Part shown: piece after piece, positions 11,201 to 19,771 of the stretch
Layout: each line of letters starts with the position of its first letter
How positions within the stretch are numbered: the stretch's first letter is position 1
Virus record (IMG/VR): IMGVR_UViG_3300008266_000018
Coordinates: 1 to 64,000 of that record
DNA length: 64,000 nt
Source of the DNA: a virus
Direction: 5' to 3' (one strand)
Notes under the pieces: model-generated
What the model was told of the DNA's origin: nothing
Databases searched by the model: none
Seen by the model: the letters and a program-made list of their open reading frames with translations, nothing else
Made by a program: the position numbers and the translations under genes

Positions 11201-13930
11201 ATTGAAGCAAGAGGTGGAGATAAAAAGAATTATAACGCAAGTGATATATCTAAGAAGTTTGATAATTTCTTTAAGAATAATCCTTCTTATGACGCTGCAA
11301 AATGGAAGAAAATATTAGTATCTCGTAATGCTTCTGGATATATTCCAAGATTTGCTAAAGGAAAAGGCAAAAGAGCTAGAAGACCTTTTAATGATAGGGT
11401 AAATCCAGATGATTATGAACAGCTTTTGGCGGAATTTGAATTAACTAGGCCAACTGTAACAGAAGACATGTTAGAAGTTGCTCCTACTATTACACGCCCT
11501 GTAAGTGGTAAAAAATCATATTCTGCCCCTATTGGGGGTAGATCAATGCCTTCTAGTTTAACTCCTAAATCTACAGCCTTTAAAACAAGCGCGTCTTCTT
11601 TCTCTCAAAAATTTTATCAGCCAGCGACTCCAGTTTCTGAAAATTTAGCATCTGTTGACACAAAAAGAAGATCTGCATTTTTTGCTCCTCAAGAAACGGA
11701 GATAGAAAAATTAAATGCTACTCAAAAAGCTTTGGACAGAAGAGAGAGAAAATTAGCAAAGCGTAAAGGCGCTTTTACCGCACCAGCTTCTGTTTCGTCT
11801 ACAAGAGCTGCTATGCCTTCTAGAGGTGGAGGAAGATCAGGAGGTGGAAGCGGGACAGGAGGCGGCGGAAAAGGTTCCACTAAAGGTGGAGGAGCATTGG
11901 GTGGAGGAGTATCTTCTAAAGGAGGAGGAATGTTTGGCGGAGAAAAAGGTGGAATGGGTGGCTCTATGCTGAAAAGTCTTATGGCGCATCAGCTTCTTAG
12001 TCAAGCTGGATCATTCGGAATGATTGGAGAAGAAGGAATGAACGTAGGAAGTCAAGCTTTAGCAGCTTACGATCAATTTCAAATGATAAAAGGTTTGCAA
12101 CAAGAATATTTTCCTAAAGGAGGAAAAGGAGGAAAAATTACAGGAGCGGCAGGAAAATTGTTAAACACTAAGATTGGTGGAAAAATGGGCGGCGTTGGAA
12201 AAGGTTTGATGGGAAGACTAGGAAAAAGCTCTATTGGAAAAGGAGTTGCAAGTTTGGCTTCGAAAGGTTCTGGATTGTTGGCAAGGTCTGGAATTGGATC
12301 TCTTGCAGGTGGTCTCGCTAGATTTGCGGGTCCAATAGGTTTAGCTTATACGGCTGGACAAGCTGGATCGGCAGCTATTGATTATTTTGGAGGAGGAGAG
12401 ATGTTAGGTGGAGCAAGTTTTGGTCAAAGACAAATTAATAAAGAACAAGAGCAAGCAGCTAAAGAAATGGAAAGATTTAAAACTAGAGAAGGACAATCTC
12501 TTTCCGCTTACTCTTCTGCGGCAAGTAGCAAATATGGATTTGGAAATGAAGATATTGCAGGATTAAGAGGTGGGGCAGTTTCTGGAGCTATAGAAGGATT
12601 AGGAGGAATAAAAAATGCAAAATCAATAGTAGATAAATTTGGCGGAGTAGGAGTAAAAGGACAAGGCTCTCAAGGAAAATTAGATAATATTACCGAAGAA
12701 ATTTTTAATAAATTAAAAGCAGCAGGTAAAGAAACTGGAGGTTTAAATTTTGAAACAGCAAATTTTAAAGAATTGCAAAAAAGAGATAAAGAAGCTCAAG
12801 CTGGTTTACCTGGAGTAAAAGCTTTAAATGAAGAAGAAAAGAAGTTATTAGAAACTTATAAAACTGCTAAAGATGTCGCCGCTGGATTAGTAAAAGAAGT
12901 CGCTGGCTTTGAAAGGGCTACTGCTGCTCAAAAAGCTTTCTCTTCTATTGCTAAACAAATGGGAGAAATGCAAGCGAAGGGAACATCGATGCTTAGTGTT
13001 TATAAGCAAATAACCGCTTCAGAAGAGCAAAGAAAAAAAACATTAGCTGATAATCTTGGCGGAGGAGTAGATGCATTTTTAGATCCTACTAAATCTGCTG
13101 ATAGCATGTCTAAAATACAAAGATCTTTAAGAACACTTAACGATCCAAGATTAGCTGGAAATGCTGTTGAAAGAGGAAGAGCGGCAAATGCTTATATGGC
13201 TGGAACAACAGAAATGGGTATTGATATTGATCCTCGGATAAGAAGCGGACTAAGTAGAGTTCAAGATCAAGGATTGCAGACATTCCAAGCGCAAAATTTT
13301 AATGCCTTAAATAGAATGGCTGGTGGTTTTAGAAATCAATACGGCCTTTCTCAAGGTATAAATCAAGGAATTTATAACGCTGGAGAAGCTGCTAAGAAAA
13401 GAGGAATGACTATTCAAGAAGCTCAATTTACAAATGATGCTGGATCTGTACAAGGAGGCTATCTTTCTTCATTGCAAGGAAAAGCTCTTGGTTTATCTCC
13501 TGAAACTGTAAGAGGAATGGAAGAAGCTTCAAGAAAATTGCAAGAATCTATAGAAAAATTTGCTAAAGTCGCAGAAGCTTATGCTGGAGGAAAAATAAGT
13601 GAAGCTGACTTTAATAGAATTCAATCAAGCGTAGAAGGTGCAGTTAAATCGGGCGCTAATTCTACAAGTCCAAATGCTCAAGCAGAAATGGCATCTACTA
13701 TAGAAAGAGCTTTTGCGTCATTAGATGCGGCGACTAAAGCTATAATTGATACTAAATCAACTCCATCTTCTGTTACTGTTGGTGGAGAAATAGGTTTAAC
13801 TGAAGAAGCTAGAAGGTATTTAACTATTGGAGAAAGCTTTGCTAAGATGCAAGGAGATCAAGCTAAAAAATCTAATACTCCTCCTAGCACTATACCACAA
13901 AGAGTGCCAATTAATCAACAAAAACCGTAA
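8225..13930 (+). CDS. Tape measure protein (TP901-type N-domain) with inserted modules
   Basis: 1901 aa; TMP core (VNKLAAVDAKYAVSSADLAEAIKRVGSSA...IGNSFKTIFTRL), a hydrophobic segment, and an A/G/K-rich C-terminal half. Confidence 0.9.
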   Translation: MADTIITVGGETSQLERDIQKTLSKDFKLTGLDTKSFSQPLGKIKGQLGEFEKSLEASNARVVAFGASAGSIYLLTDAFKSMVKSTIDVEKTLADINTVINASESDIKSFGNTIFDVANKTSQSFETAAEAALEFSRQGLGLEQTAKRTADALTLARLSGLSAAASVEALTAAVNSFSDAGLSTTQVVNKLAAVDAKYAVSSADLAEAIKRVGSSASEAGVNIDQLVALVTSAQQTTARGGAVIGNSFKTIFTRLQRPKVLEDLQEIGIQTTNAAGETLPLIQILTQLARTFDTLGSAQKSQVGELVGGVYQINILKAVLGDLSKGYSTFSGALKASSGATNEAEQRIGKLGETLDSQINRVTNNLKRAGSIVGELTIAPALEKVLSNVNSVLETFALGKEPESLGEKAATGFLKGLGGFISGPGLMLAAVGAFQIFKRLAVFVQDAGKTVLGLGQAAQQQAQIQAQILQLLQKNPQVYSQIESGAISVQSAAQGYLNIVNATNAALERQKAIAAQMTRAVVGGGAPIIPTSGRGGKRGRAAGYMPSISDQKRMEENDARNLGAPSGVRAHFGKGTIGGKKFLMNNHEIEIPNYGANGDSAVIPKYAVGNAVENPIRDLSQTKKGLKYLYDLNNPVDTYIDPVAGAIGRIPLPKTAKQYDDAALRKINESLAIDKKGNPLKGKTPTPVADLKYRGVKLSGYLSPKFDPSTLSSTNVETRRGNISNIKGALAEIDTFKHLNKLRLDPKKLDSIYGIDFSAKNNDLYETKATKDYVADDVILAKALTYIGEKDKKAGKPHIGNGKDRIQLPPLTVFQSKGLASGYIPRFAAGDGSMSLKDYMMMKYGEVKDTSSLGGAALNAAYGKGVSLDELRATSPKWANWTPGGATSAMLQGRKEAKKQTQINRANKYGYRKIILPWSKSVADFGGDPNEFGDAYENLVAQKFGAKRGDRFKRANDYPGIAGRTPQSKYNYTDVDFIVPKNPNDLSAGGSLIEARGGDKKNYNASDISKKFDNFFKNNPSYDAAKWKKILVSRNASGYIPRFAKGKGKRARRPFNDRVNPDDYEQLLAEFELTRPTVTEDMLEVAPTITRPVSGKKSYSAPIGGRSMPSSLTPKSTAFKTSASSFSQKFYQPATPVSENLASVDTKRRSAFFAPQETEIEKLNATQKALDRRERKLAKRKGAFTAPASVSSTRAAMPSRGGGRSGGGSGTGGGGKGSTKGGGALGGGVSSKGGGMFGGEKGGMGGSMLKSLMAHQLLSQAGSFGMIGEEGMNVGSQALAAYDQFQMIKGLQQEYFPKGGKGGKITGAAGKLLNTKIGGKMGGVGKGLMGRLGKSSIGKGVASLASKGSGLLARSGIGSLAGGLARFAGPIGLAYTAGQAGSAAIDYFGGGEMLGGASFGQRQINKEQEQAAKEMERFKTREGQSLSAYSSAASSKYGFGNEDIAGLRGGAVSGAIEGLGGIKNAKSIVDKFGGVGVKGQGSQGKLDNITEEIFNKLKAAGKETGGLNFETANFKELQKRDKEAQAGLPGVKALNEEEKKLLETYKTAKDVAAGLVKEVAGFERATAAQKAFSSIAKQMGEMQAKGTSMLSVYKQITASEEQRKKTLADNLGGGVDAFLDPTKSADSMSKIQRSLRTLNDPRLAGNAVERGRAANAYMAGTTEMGIDIDPRIRSGLSRVQDQGLQTFQAQNFNALNRMAGGFRNQYGLSQGINQGIYNAGEAAKKRGMTIQEAQFTNDAGSVQGGYLSSLQGKALGLSPETVRGMEEASRKLQESIEKFAKVAEAYAGGKISEADFNRIQSSVEGAVKSGANSTSPNAQAEMASTIERAFASLDAATKAIIDTKSTPSSVTVGGEIGLTEEARRYLTIGESFAKMQGDQAKKSNTPPSTIPQRVPINQQKP
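10682..11355 (+). repeat. 26-bp direct repeat gc(g/t)tctggatatattcc(t/a)agatttgc at 10682-10707 and 11330-11355, encoding ASGYIPRFA
   Basis: 24/26 identity read directly from the sequence. Confidence 0.9.
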
Positions 13931-13944
13931 TAAGTGTTTGAATT

Positions 13945-15720
13945 ATGCCTAATTTTAATATAACTACAATATTAAGTTATTCTTTAAAAAAAGAATATAT
14001 AGGAACTATGAACTACAGAAATGTAGTTACTATAGTAGTAGAAACTATTCATAAAACAGATTCTACAAACGCTTATGATTCTACATTAACAATTCCTAAT
14101 GATTATAGTTATGCTGAAGTATATCAAAAATCATTAACACCAATATCTTTAAATGGAAATGGATTTGGCCTTGGAAGAGTAATTTCTATATCAGAACCAA
14201 GAAGCGTTAATTTTGATGAAAATGGATTAGTGTTTTGGAAAAGAAATATAACTATTGAATTATATGAAAATGGAGATAATACAAATACTCCAAATGATGC
14301 GGCGAATACATTTTACGCAAGATTAAAAGATAATTTATTTGATAGTAGAATAAGGGAAATATCTGAAGATTTTAATTTCACGGATGATGAAGAAGGGAAT
14401 CTTGGATATACTCATACAGTTTCAGTGTCTTGCGACGATTTCGTAGCTTCTGGAAGCCCTAACAATAGTACTCAAACAGGCGTTTATCTTGCTAAACAAA
14501 AAGCTCAATCTTTAATAGAAAGTGAAGTAAATTTTGGTTATCTAGGTAGTTTAGCTAATTTGTATGGTAAAGCTGGTAAAAAAACTTTCTCTACAGATAT
14601 TGACGTAATAAATGGAACTGTTTCTATAACTAAAACTTTTACTTCTTTTCTTGTTAAATATCCAGCTACATATTCTTTTGCAGTTCAAGATGATGGATCT
14701 ATTAATATCTCAGAATCAATAACTTTTAAAAATAAAGATTTAGCGACAAAAGTTGATTCAATTGGCAGTATTGTTTCTATATTAGATAATGTTAAAGCTA
14801 ACGCTTTTGCAAGATGTCAAGGATATTTTAATGTATATAAACTTTTTATTACTAATGATCAAGCTGTTGATAGTTTATCCGCTAGTGCTATATCATTACT
14901 TTCGATAAATAGAACTTTTAATGAAGAGTCTCAAGAGTATAGTCAACAAATGGTTTTTTCTAATGCCAGAAATTTAAGAAATAATTTTACTTTAGAAATT
15001 GATCAAAATATAAGTTCTGATGGCAAAGGAATAACAACTATAACTGAAAACGCTAATTTCGTATCAAAATTAAAAAAACAAAATGGAGTTTCTCAGCCTT
15101 CTATAAATTCTACAATAAGAGGATATATAGATTCCGAACAAGCAAATAGTTTAAGCAGAGCAGTTAATTTATATAATAAATATTATAAATTAGCTATTTC
15201 AGCGCCGTTAAAATTAATTAATTCAACCAGAACATTAAGTTCTAATGGAAAAGCTTTTGGATATTCTGTAATATTTAATAATGATCCAAGTTTCGTAAGA
15301 GATGGAGTTATAAATACAATTAATAGCAAAATAAATTCTACTATACCAAAGAAGATCGTAAAAACATATATTGTGCCGGGATATCTTAATAGTAAAAATA
15401 TTTTTTCGCAAGAAAATGAACAATCTTCTCCCGGTTCTTTAAGTGTTACTCAATCAGTTGTATTAAAAAGAAATGATAGTAATAAAACTCCAGATTTAGT
15501 AAGTAAACCAACTGCCGCTATTAATTCAGTATACAATAGATGTCTGCTTACAATATTCAATAGATTAACTGGTTTTGGTTTAGGAGATCCAAAAAATTTT
15601 ATTATAAACTCTGCGTCGTTTTCTTATAATTCTTCTAGAAGCTTGGAGATGACTGTATCTATTACTTATTTTATAGCTGCAAATAAATTCGGCCCCAAAA
15701 CAACTTTATATACTAATTAA
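13945..15720 (+). CDS. Putative tail/baseplate protein
   Basis: Follows the TMP; beta-rich with repeated DDG.I.ISE-like units. Confidence 0.5.
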   Translation: MPNFNITTILSYSLKKEYIGTMNYRNVVTIVVETIHKTDSTNAYDSTLTIPNDYSYAEVYQKSLTPISLNGNGFGLGRVISISEPRSVNFDENGLVFWKRNITIELYENGDNTNTPNDAANTFYARLKDNLFDSRIREISEDFNFTDDEEGNLGYTHTVSVSCDDFVASGSPNNSTQTGVYLAKQKAQSLIESEVNFGYLGSLANLYGKAGKKTFSTDIDVINGTVSITKTFTSFLVKYPATYSFAVQDDGSINISESITFKNKDLATKVDSIGSIVSILDNVKANAFARCQGYFNVYKLFITNDQAVDSLSASAISLLSINRTFNEESQEYSQQMVFSNARNLRNNFTLEIDQNISSDGKGITTITENANFVSKLKKQNGVSQPSINSTIRGYIDSEQANSLSRAVNLYNKYYKLAISAPLKLINSTRTLSSNGKAFGYSVIFNNDPSFVRDGVINTINSKINSTIPKKIVKTYIVPGYLNSKNIFSQENEQSSPGSLSVTQSVVLKRNDSNKTPDLVSKPTAAINSVYNRCLLTIFNRLTGFGLGDPKNFIINSASFSYNSSRSLEMTVSITYFIAANKFGPKTTLYTN

Positions 15721-15721
15721 T

Positions 15722-17641
15722 ATGCCTTTTATCGCGACATATAGTGGATTAAATTCTAATTCATCACCAAAAAGTCCTTGGGCTGATATAATTCCATATG
15801 TTTCTGTAGATAATAATAGAACTTGGACATCTTCAAAGATATCTAAAGAAGAATCTGTTTCTTTAAATGGTCAATTAACTTTAAGTGGATTTAACGCTTT
15901 AGGAAGCAGCCCAACGACTTATGGGTATGCATCTTCTCCATCTCCAATCGAAGGATTAACTTTTGCTTCTGGATATATAAAAATAATTAAAGATGCATTT
16001 TCTAGAAGTTATGGAGAATTAATAATAGCAAATAGTGAAAATGAAAAAATAGTTTCTGGTATTTATTATGTTGATTCAATTCAATTTGATTCTCAAAATT
16101 ATATAGGAGTAATTGATTATTCAGTTAGTTTATCAAGAATAAATGAATTAACTTATAGTGGGTTAAATCCTTCTGAAACTATTTCTGCATCAGAAGATGG
16201 TAATGGAATTATTAACATAACTCATAATATCTCCGCAGAAGGTGTTGGTTTTGCTTTTAATGGTAACAATCCAGTTGCTTTTGATTCAGTAAAAACATTT
16301 GTACAAAACTCAACTGGAGCGGCAAGAATTAAAAGTTTATCTTTTGACTCTGGATATTTGCCTACTGGCAGCGGCGCTTCTGGTGTTTATTTTTCTGGCG
16401 GTAATTCAAGTAATTTAATACTAGTATCTCAGACTGAATCTATAAATAGAATTGAAAATAAATACGCTATTGAAGAGATTTTTAAAATAGATAATATTTA
16501 CAATGGAGAATATGGAACAAAAAGATTTTCTGTTGATTTTAATTCTGGCATTACAGATGAATATAGCGTAGTTAATGTAACTTGCAATATACAAGGAGCA
16601 AAAGATAAAGCATTTAGCGGAGTTACAGGAATGCTGGATAATATTACTGGTCAAATGTATAATGCTGCGACTGGTATTTTTGGAAGTACTACAGAATTAT
16701 GTCCAATTCCTATCGCTTTTAATATAGATACAACTAGAATAATAACTGGGCATTTAGATGGAACAAATATTCTTGGAGTTGATGGATCTTCATCTATCAC
16801 TGTTAATTGTTCTTTTGATAACAGTTTAAATGGAACATTTTTCGATTACGATATATCATTTTCTTCTGACGAACAATCTAATACTACGTCTTTAGATATA
16901 AATGGAGTTATAAAAGGAAGAGGTTTGCATACTGCTCAAAAGTTTGTTGATGCTTCTGGACATTTATTTACTACGTTATTAAGCAATCAACCTGACGTTA
17001 AAACCATGCTTTTTAATAAAGCAGTTTCTGGATTTAATGCATCTGCTCCAACAGCAAATACTAATTTATGTTTTGGAGTTATTGGCGAAAGAGGCGGTCA
17101 ATCTTTTGGATTTGTTAAAGATAAAGGCCAGTCTAGTATCGATATGAATACTAATAAAGGAGAAATTACTTTATCAGCTTCTTTCTCTGATGAGGCCGCA
17201 GTGTCTGGATATGATAATTTTTCTTGGTCTACATCTGCTGAAGTTGGGATGCCATTGCTTGTAGCAAAGCCTTCTTACAAAGTAAATGGATTTAATCTAG
17301 TTCAAGATATAGGTGTAAATCAAAAAACTTCTTATACTTTTGATGGGTCTTTTGAATTTGCTACTGGATCTCAAGGAGGAATACAGATTCTTTCTGAATC
17401 ATCTCAACCTCATACTGGAATATTAAGAAAGATGGTCGAAGCAGAAACAATTCCTTTATCAGAAGTATCTAATAATATCGACGGAGATGTCGGCGTTGTT
17501 TTAGAAAATTATAACAAGAGTTTTGATTTCGTAAGTGGATCAAATTCTAATAGTTCTGATTATTTGGGATCTGGATTTAATGTTAATTTGTCAACTCCAA
17601 AACAACCATTGATAATATATTCGACATATACAGTAAAATAA
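15722..17641 (+). CDS. Putative tail/baseplate protein (possibly a paralog of 13945-15720)
   Basis: Similar unit (EDGNGIINITHNISAEG versus DEEGNLGYTHTVSVSC); SG/TG-rich. Confidence 0.5.
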   Translation: MPFIATYSGLNSNSSPKSPWADIIPYVSVDNNRTWTSSKISKEESVSLNGQLTLSGFNALGSSPTTYGYASSPSPIEGLTFASGYIKIIKDAFSRSYGELIIANSENEKIVSGIYYVDSIQFDSQNYIGVIDYSVSLSRINELTYSGLNPSETISASEDGNGIINITHNISAEGVGFAFNGNNPVAFDSVKTFVQNSTGAARIKSLSFDSGYLPTGSGASGVYFSGGNSSNLILVSQTESINRIENKYAIEEIFKIDNIYNGEYGTKRFSVDFNSGITDEYSVVNVTCNIQGAKDKAFSGVTGMLDNITGQMYNAATGIFGSTTELCPIPIAFNIDTTRIITGHLDGTNILGVDGSSSITVNCSFDNSLNGTFFDYDISFSSDEQSNTTSLDINGVIKGRGLHTAQKFVDASGHLFTTLLSNQPDVKTMLFNKAVSGFNASAPTANTNLCFGVIGERGGQSFGFVKDKGQSSIDMNTNKGEITLSASFSDEAAVSGYDNFSWSTSAEVGMPLLVAKPSYKVNGFNLVQDIGVNQKTSYTFDGSFEFATGSQGGIQILSESSQPHTGILRKMVEAETIPLSEVSNNIDGDVGVVLENYNKSFDFVSGSNSNSSDYLGSGFNVNLSTPKQPLIIYSTYTVK

Positions 17642-17642
17642 T

Positions 17643-19757
17643 ATGAATAAATCAGCTTTACAAGCTTATCTAAATAATAATAATCTTCAAGAAGATGGAG
17701 TTTATGGGTATTATGAATTTAATACTGGGCATAAAAATTTCTTGTATAATAATTATTATAGCGGCGAAAATTATGTTTTGTTGTCTGTAACAGGAATTAA
17801 TGTAATTAGTGGAGGTGGAGGATATCTTGATACGTCTACGACAAGTAATAGTGGAGATTTAATTTCGATAAGCGGAGAACAAAAAAACATTCCTTTTAAA
17901 ATAGACGCTACTAATGGATTGGTTGTATCGGCTTTTATCGATGCTGGAAATGTAGGAGGAAATGTTGGCGGAAACGTAGCTGGAAATCCAGCTAATTATA
18001 CTGGTCTTTATTATCAAACTCCATCTTATGTAATTTCTAATACAACTGGAACGGGATTAGTTCTTGAATTAAAAACAGTTCAAAATATAAATTCTGGAAC
18101 TAGATATGATTTAAACCCATTGATAGCAAGAGGTACTTCTGGGATGATTAAATCAGCTATCGAAATTGATTCTATTAGTTTAGGATCTGGACATTTTTCG
18201 GGAAATGGTAGTTTAGAATTCTCTTCAGGATTTAATGATTCTAATTGGACAATGTTTATTGATTGTAATGTTCCTTCGGAATTTGCAGTTGGAAGATCAA
18301 AAGTCCTTCTTACGTCTTATTATGGTTGGGCTTCGCAAAGTGGATTTGCAGTTACTATTGATGATAGCAGGGATTTAAATTTTGAATATAGAATAACTGG
18401 AAATCAAGTTAATTCTTATTCTACGCATTTGCCAATCGAAGAAAATAATTTAATTTCTATATCTAAAGACGAAGCCAATAGCTCCATTATAATAGGAAAA
18501 CATGATTTATCTGAAAATAAACATGAATTTGAAAAGTTTCAAGCTGTTTATACTAAGGGTGATCGTTTATATATAGGAGGAATTAGGTCTAGTTTTTATC
18601 TTAACTCTGGATATACAGGATTTAGCGGATATATAAATGAAATATTGTTTTTAAATCAAAGTTGCAATTCGGAGCAGTTAACAGAATTGTCTAATTTATT
18701 TGCTATTACAGGATATTCTCCAGCTACTACAGGATCGGTTATTACAACTTATCCATTGGTTACAGGAGTAGATTCCGCCGCATTAATTACTACTGGATCT
18801 GGAAATATTGGTTATGAGTTGTATTATGATGCTGATGGCAATGCTTATTATCCTTCAGGTGTAAGTGGCGCGATAAATCAAACTGGTATTTTAATTTATT
18901 ATGATCCTGTAAATTCAGGGCAACTTGAAGAAGTGGTAAATATTGATGAAGTTTTTCTCATTGATTCAGGATTAAGAACTAAATACGCGCCAAAATATTT
19001 ATCTTTTAATACTCAAATAGAAAATACAGATTCAATGGAAATTTATTATTACTCTTCCTTTGATTCTTCTAAAACTTCTAGTTTGCAGCCTAATTTTTCA
19101 GCAACTCCAGGAAAATTATATTTTGATACAGGAGTATCTGATATTAAATTTAATTTATATGATAATGGAATTCGCCAAGTTTCAGGAGTAGATTATGATT
19201 ATGCGGCGAATAATAGCGTTATAGATTCTAATTCTTATACTTCTTATTCAAATAATATTGATGATAATGTCTTTATATCTTCTTTGCCTGAATCTGTGTC
19301 GGTAATTTCTGGATTTACTTTTACTCCAACTCAAGGATCAGATTTCACATATTCTTCTTTCCCATTTTCATTAGCAAATGATTCTGGCTATTTGTTATAT
19401 TTAAATGGACAAAAATTAATTCAAGGATCTAGTTTTGATTATACTATAGCTGGTAACACATTAACGATTAATAATTCAACTTCTAATTATGAAACTGGCA
19501 ATATCGATATAGCAAATATAAGATCAGGATCTCCAAGAGCTTATATTAATTCTTATGGAGTCGTAGGGGCTAATTTTTACACAACTGGAATTAATAATAT
19601 AGTAATTGATGAAAATATTTTCTTAAATGGTCAAAGATTAACGAGAGATATAGATTATGTTAAAGTATCTTCTGGAGATTTAAGAATTAGAAATGCAATT
19701 ATATCAGATCAATCTTTTCCTTTTTTCACGGGAGAAACGGGATTTTTTAATGTATAA
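17643..19757 (+). CDS. Virion protein with a LamG/concanavalin-like domain and three xNGxxxxxxxDY repeats
   Basis: LYIGG...FSGYINEILF LamG-like signature; LYDNGIRQVSGVDY, LYLNGQKLIQGSSFDY and IFLNGQRLTRDIDY. Confidence 0.6.
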   Translation: MNKSALQAYLNNNNLQEDGVYGYYEFNTGHKNFLYNNYYSGENYVLLSVTGINVISGGGGYLDTSTTSNSGDLISISGEQKNIPFKIDATNGLVVSAFIDAGNVGGNVGGNVAGNPANYTGLYYQTPSYVISNTTGTGLVLELKTVQNINSGTRYDLNPLIARGTSGMIKSAIEIDSISLGSGHFSGNGSLEFSSGFNDSNWTMFIDCNVPSEFAVGRSKVLLTSYYGWASQSGFAVTIDDSRDLNFEYRITGNQVNSYSTHLPIEENNLISISKDEANSSIIIGKHDLSENKHEFEKFQAVYTKGDRLYIGGIRSSFYLNSGYTGFSGYINEILFLNQSCNSEQLTELSNLFAITGYSPATTGSVITTYPLVTGVDSAALITTGSGNIGYELYYDADGNAYYPSGVSGAINQTGILIYYDPVNSGQLEEVVNIDEVFLIDSGLRTKYAPKYLSFNTQIENTDSMEIYYYSSFDSSKTSSLQPNFSATPGKLYFDTGVSDIKFNLYDNGIRQVSGVDYDYAANNSVIDSNSYTSYSNNIDDNVFISSLPESVSVISGFTFTPTQGSDFTYSSFPFSLANDSGYLLYLNGQKLIQGSSFDYTIAGNTLTINNSTSNYETGNIDIANIRSGSPRAYINSYGVVGANFYTTGINNIVIDENIFLNGQRLTRDIDYVKVSSGDLRIRNAIISDQSFPFFTGETGFFNV

Positions 19758-19771
19758 TAAATAAAGGCTTT

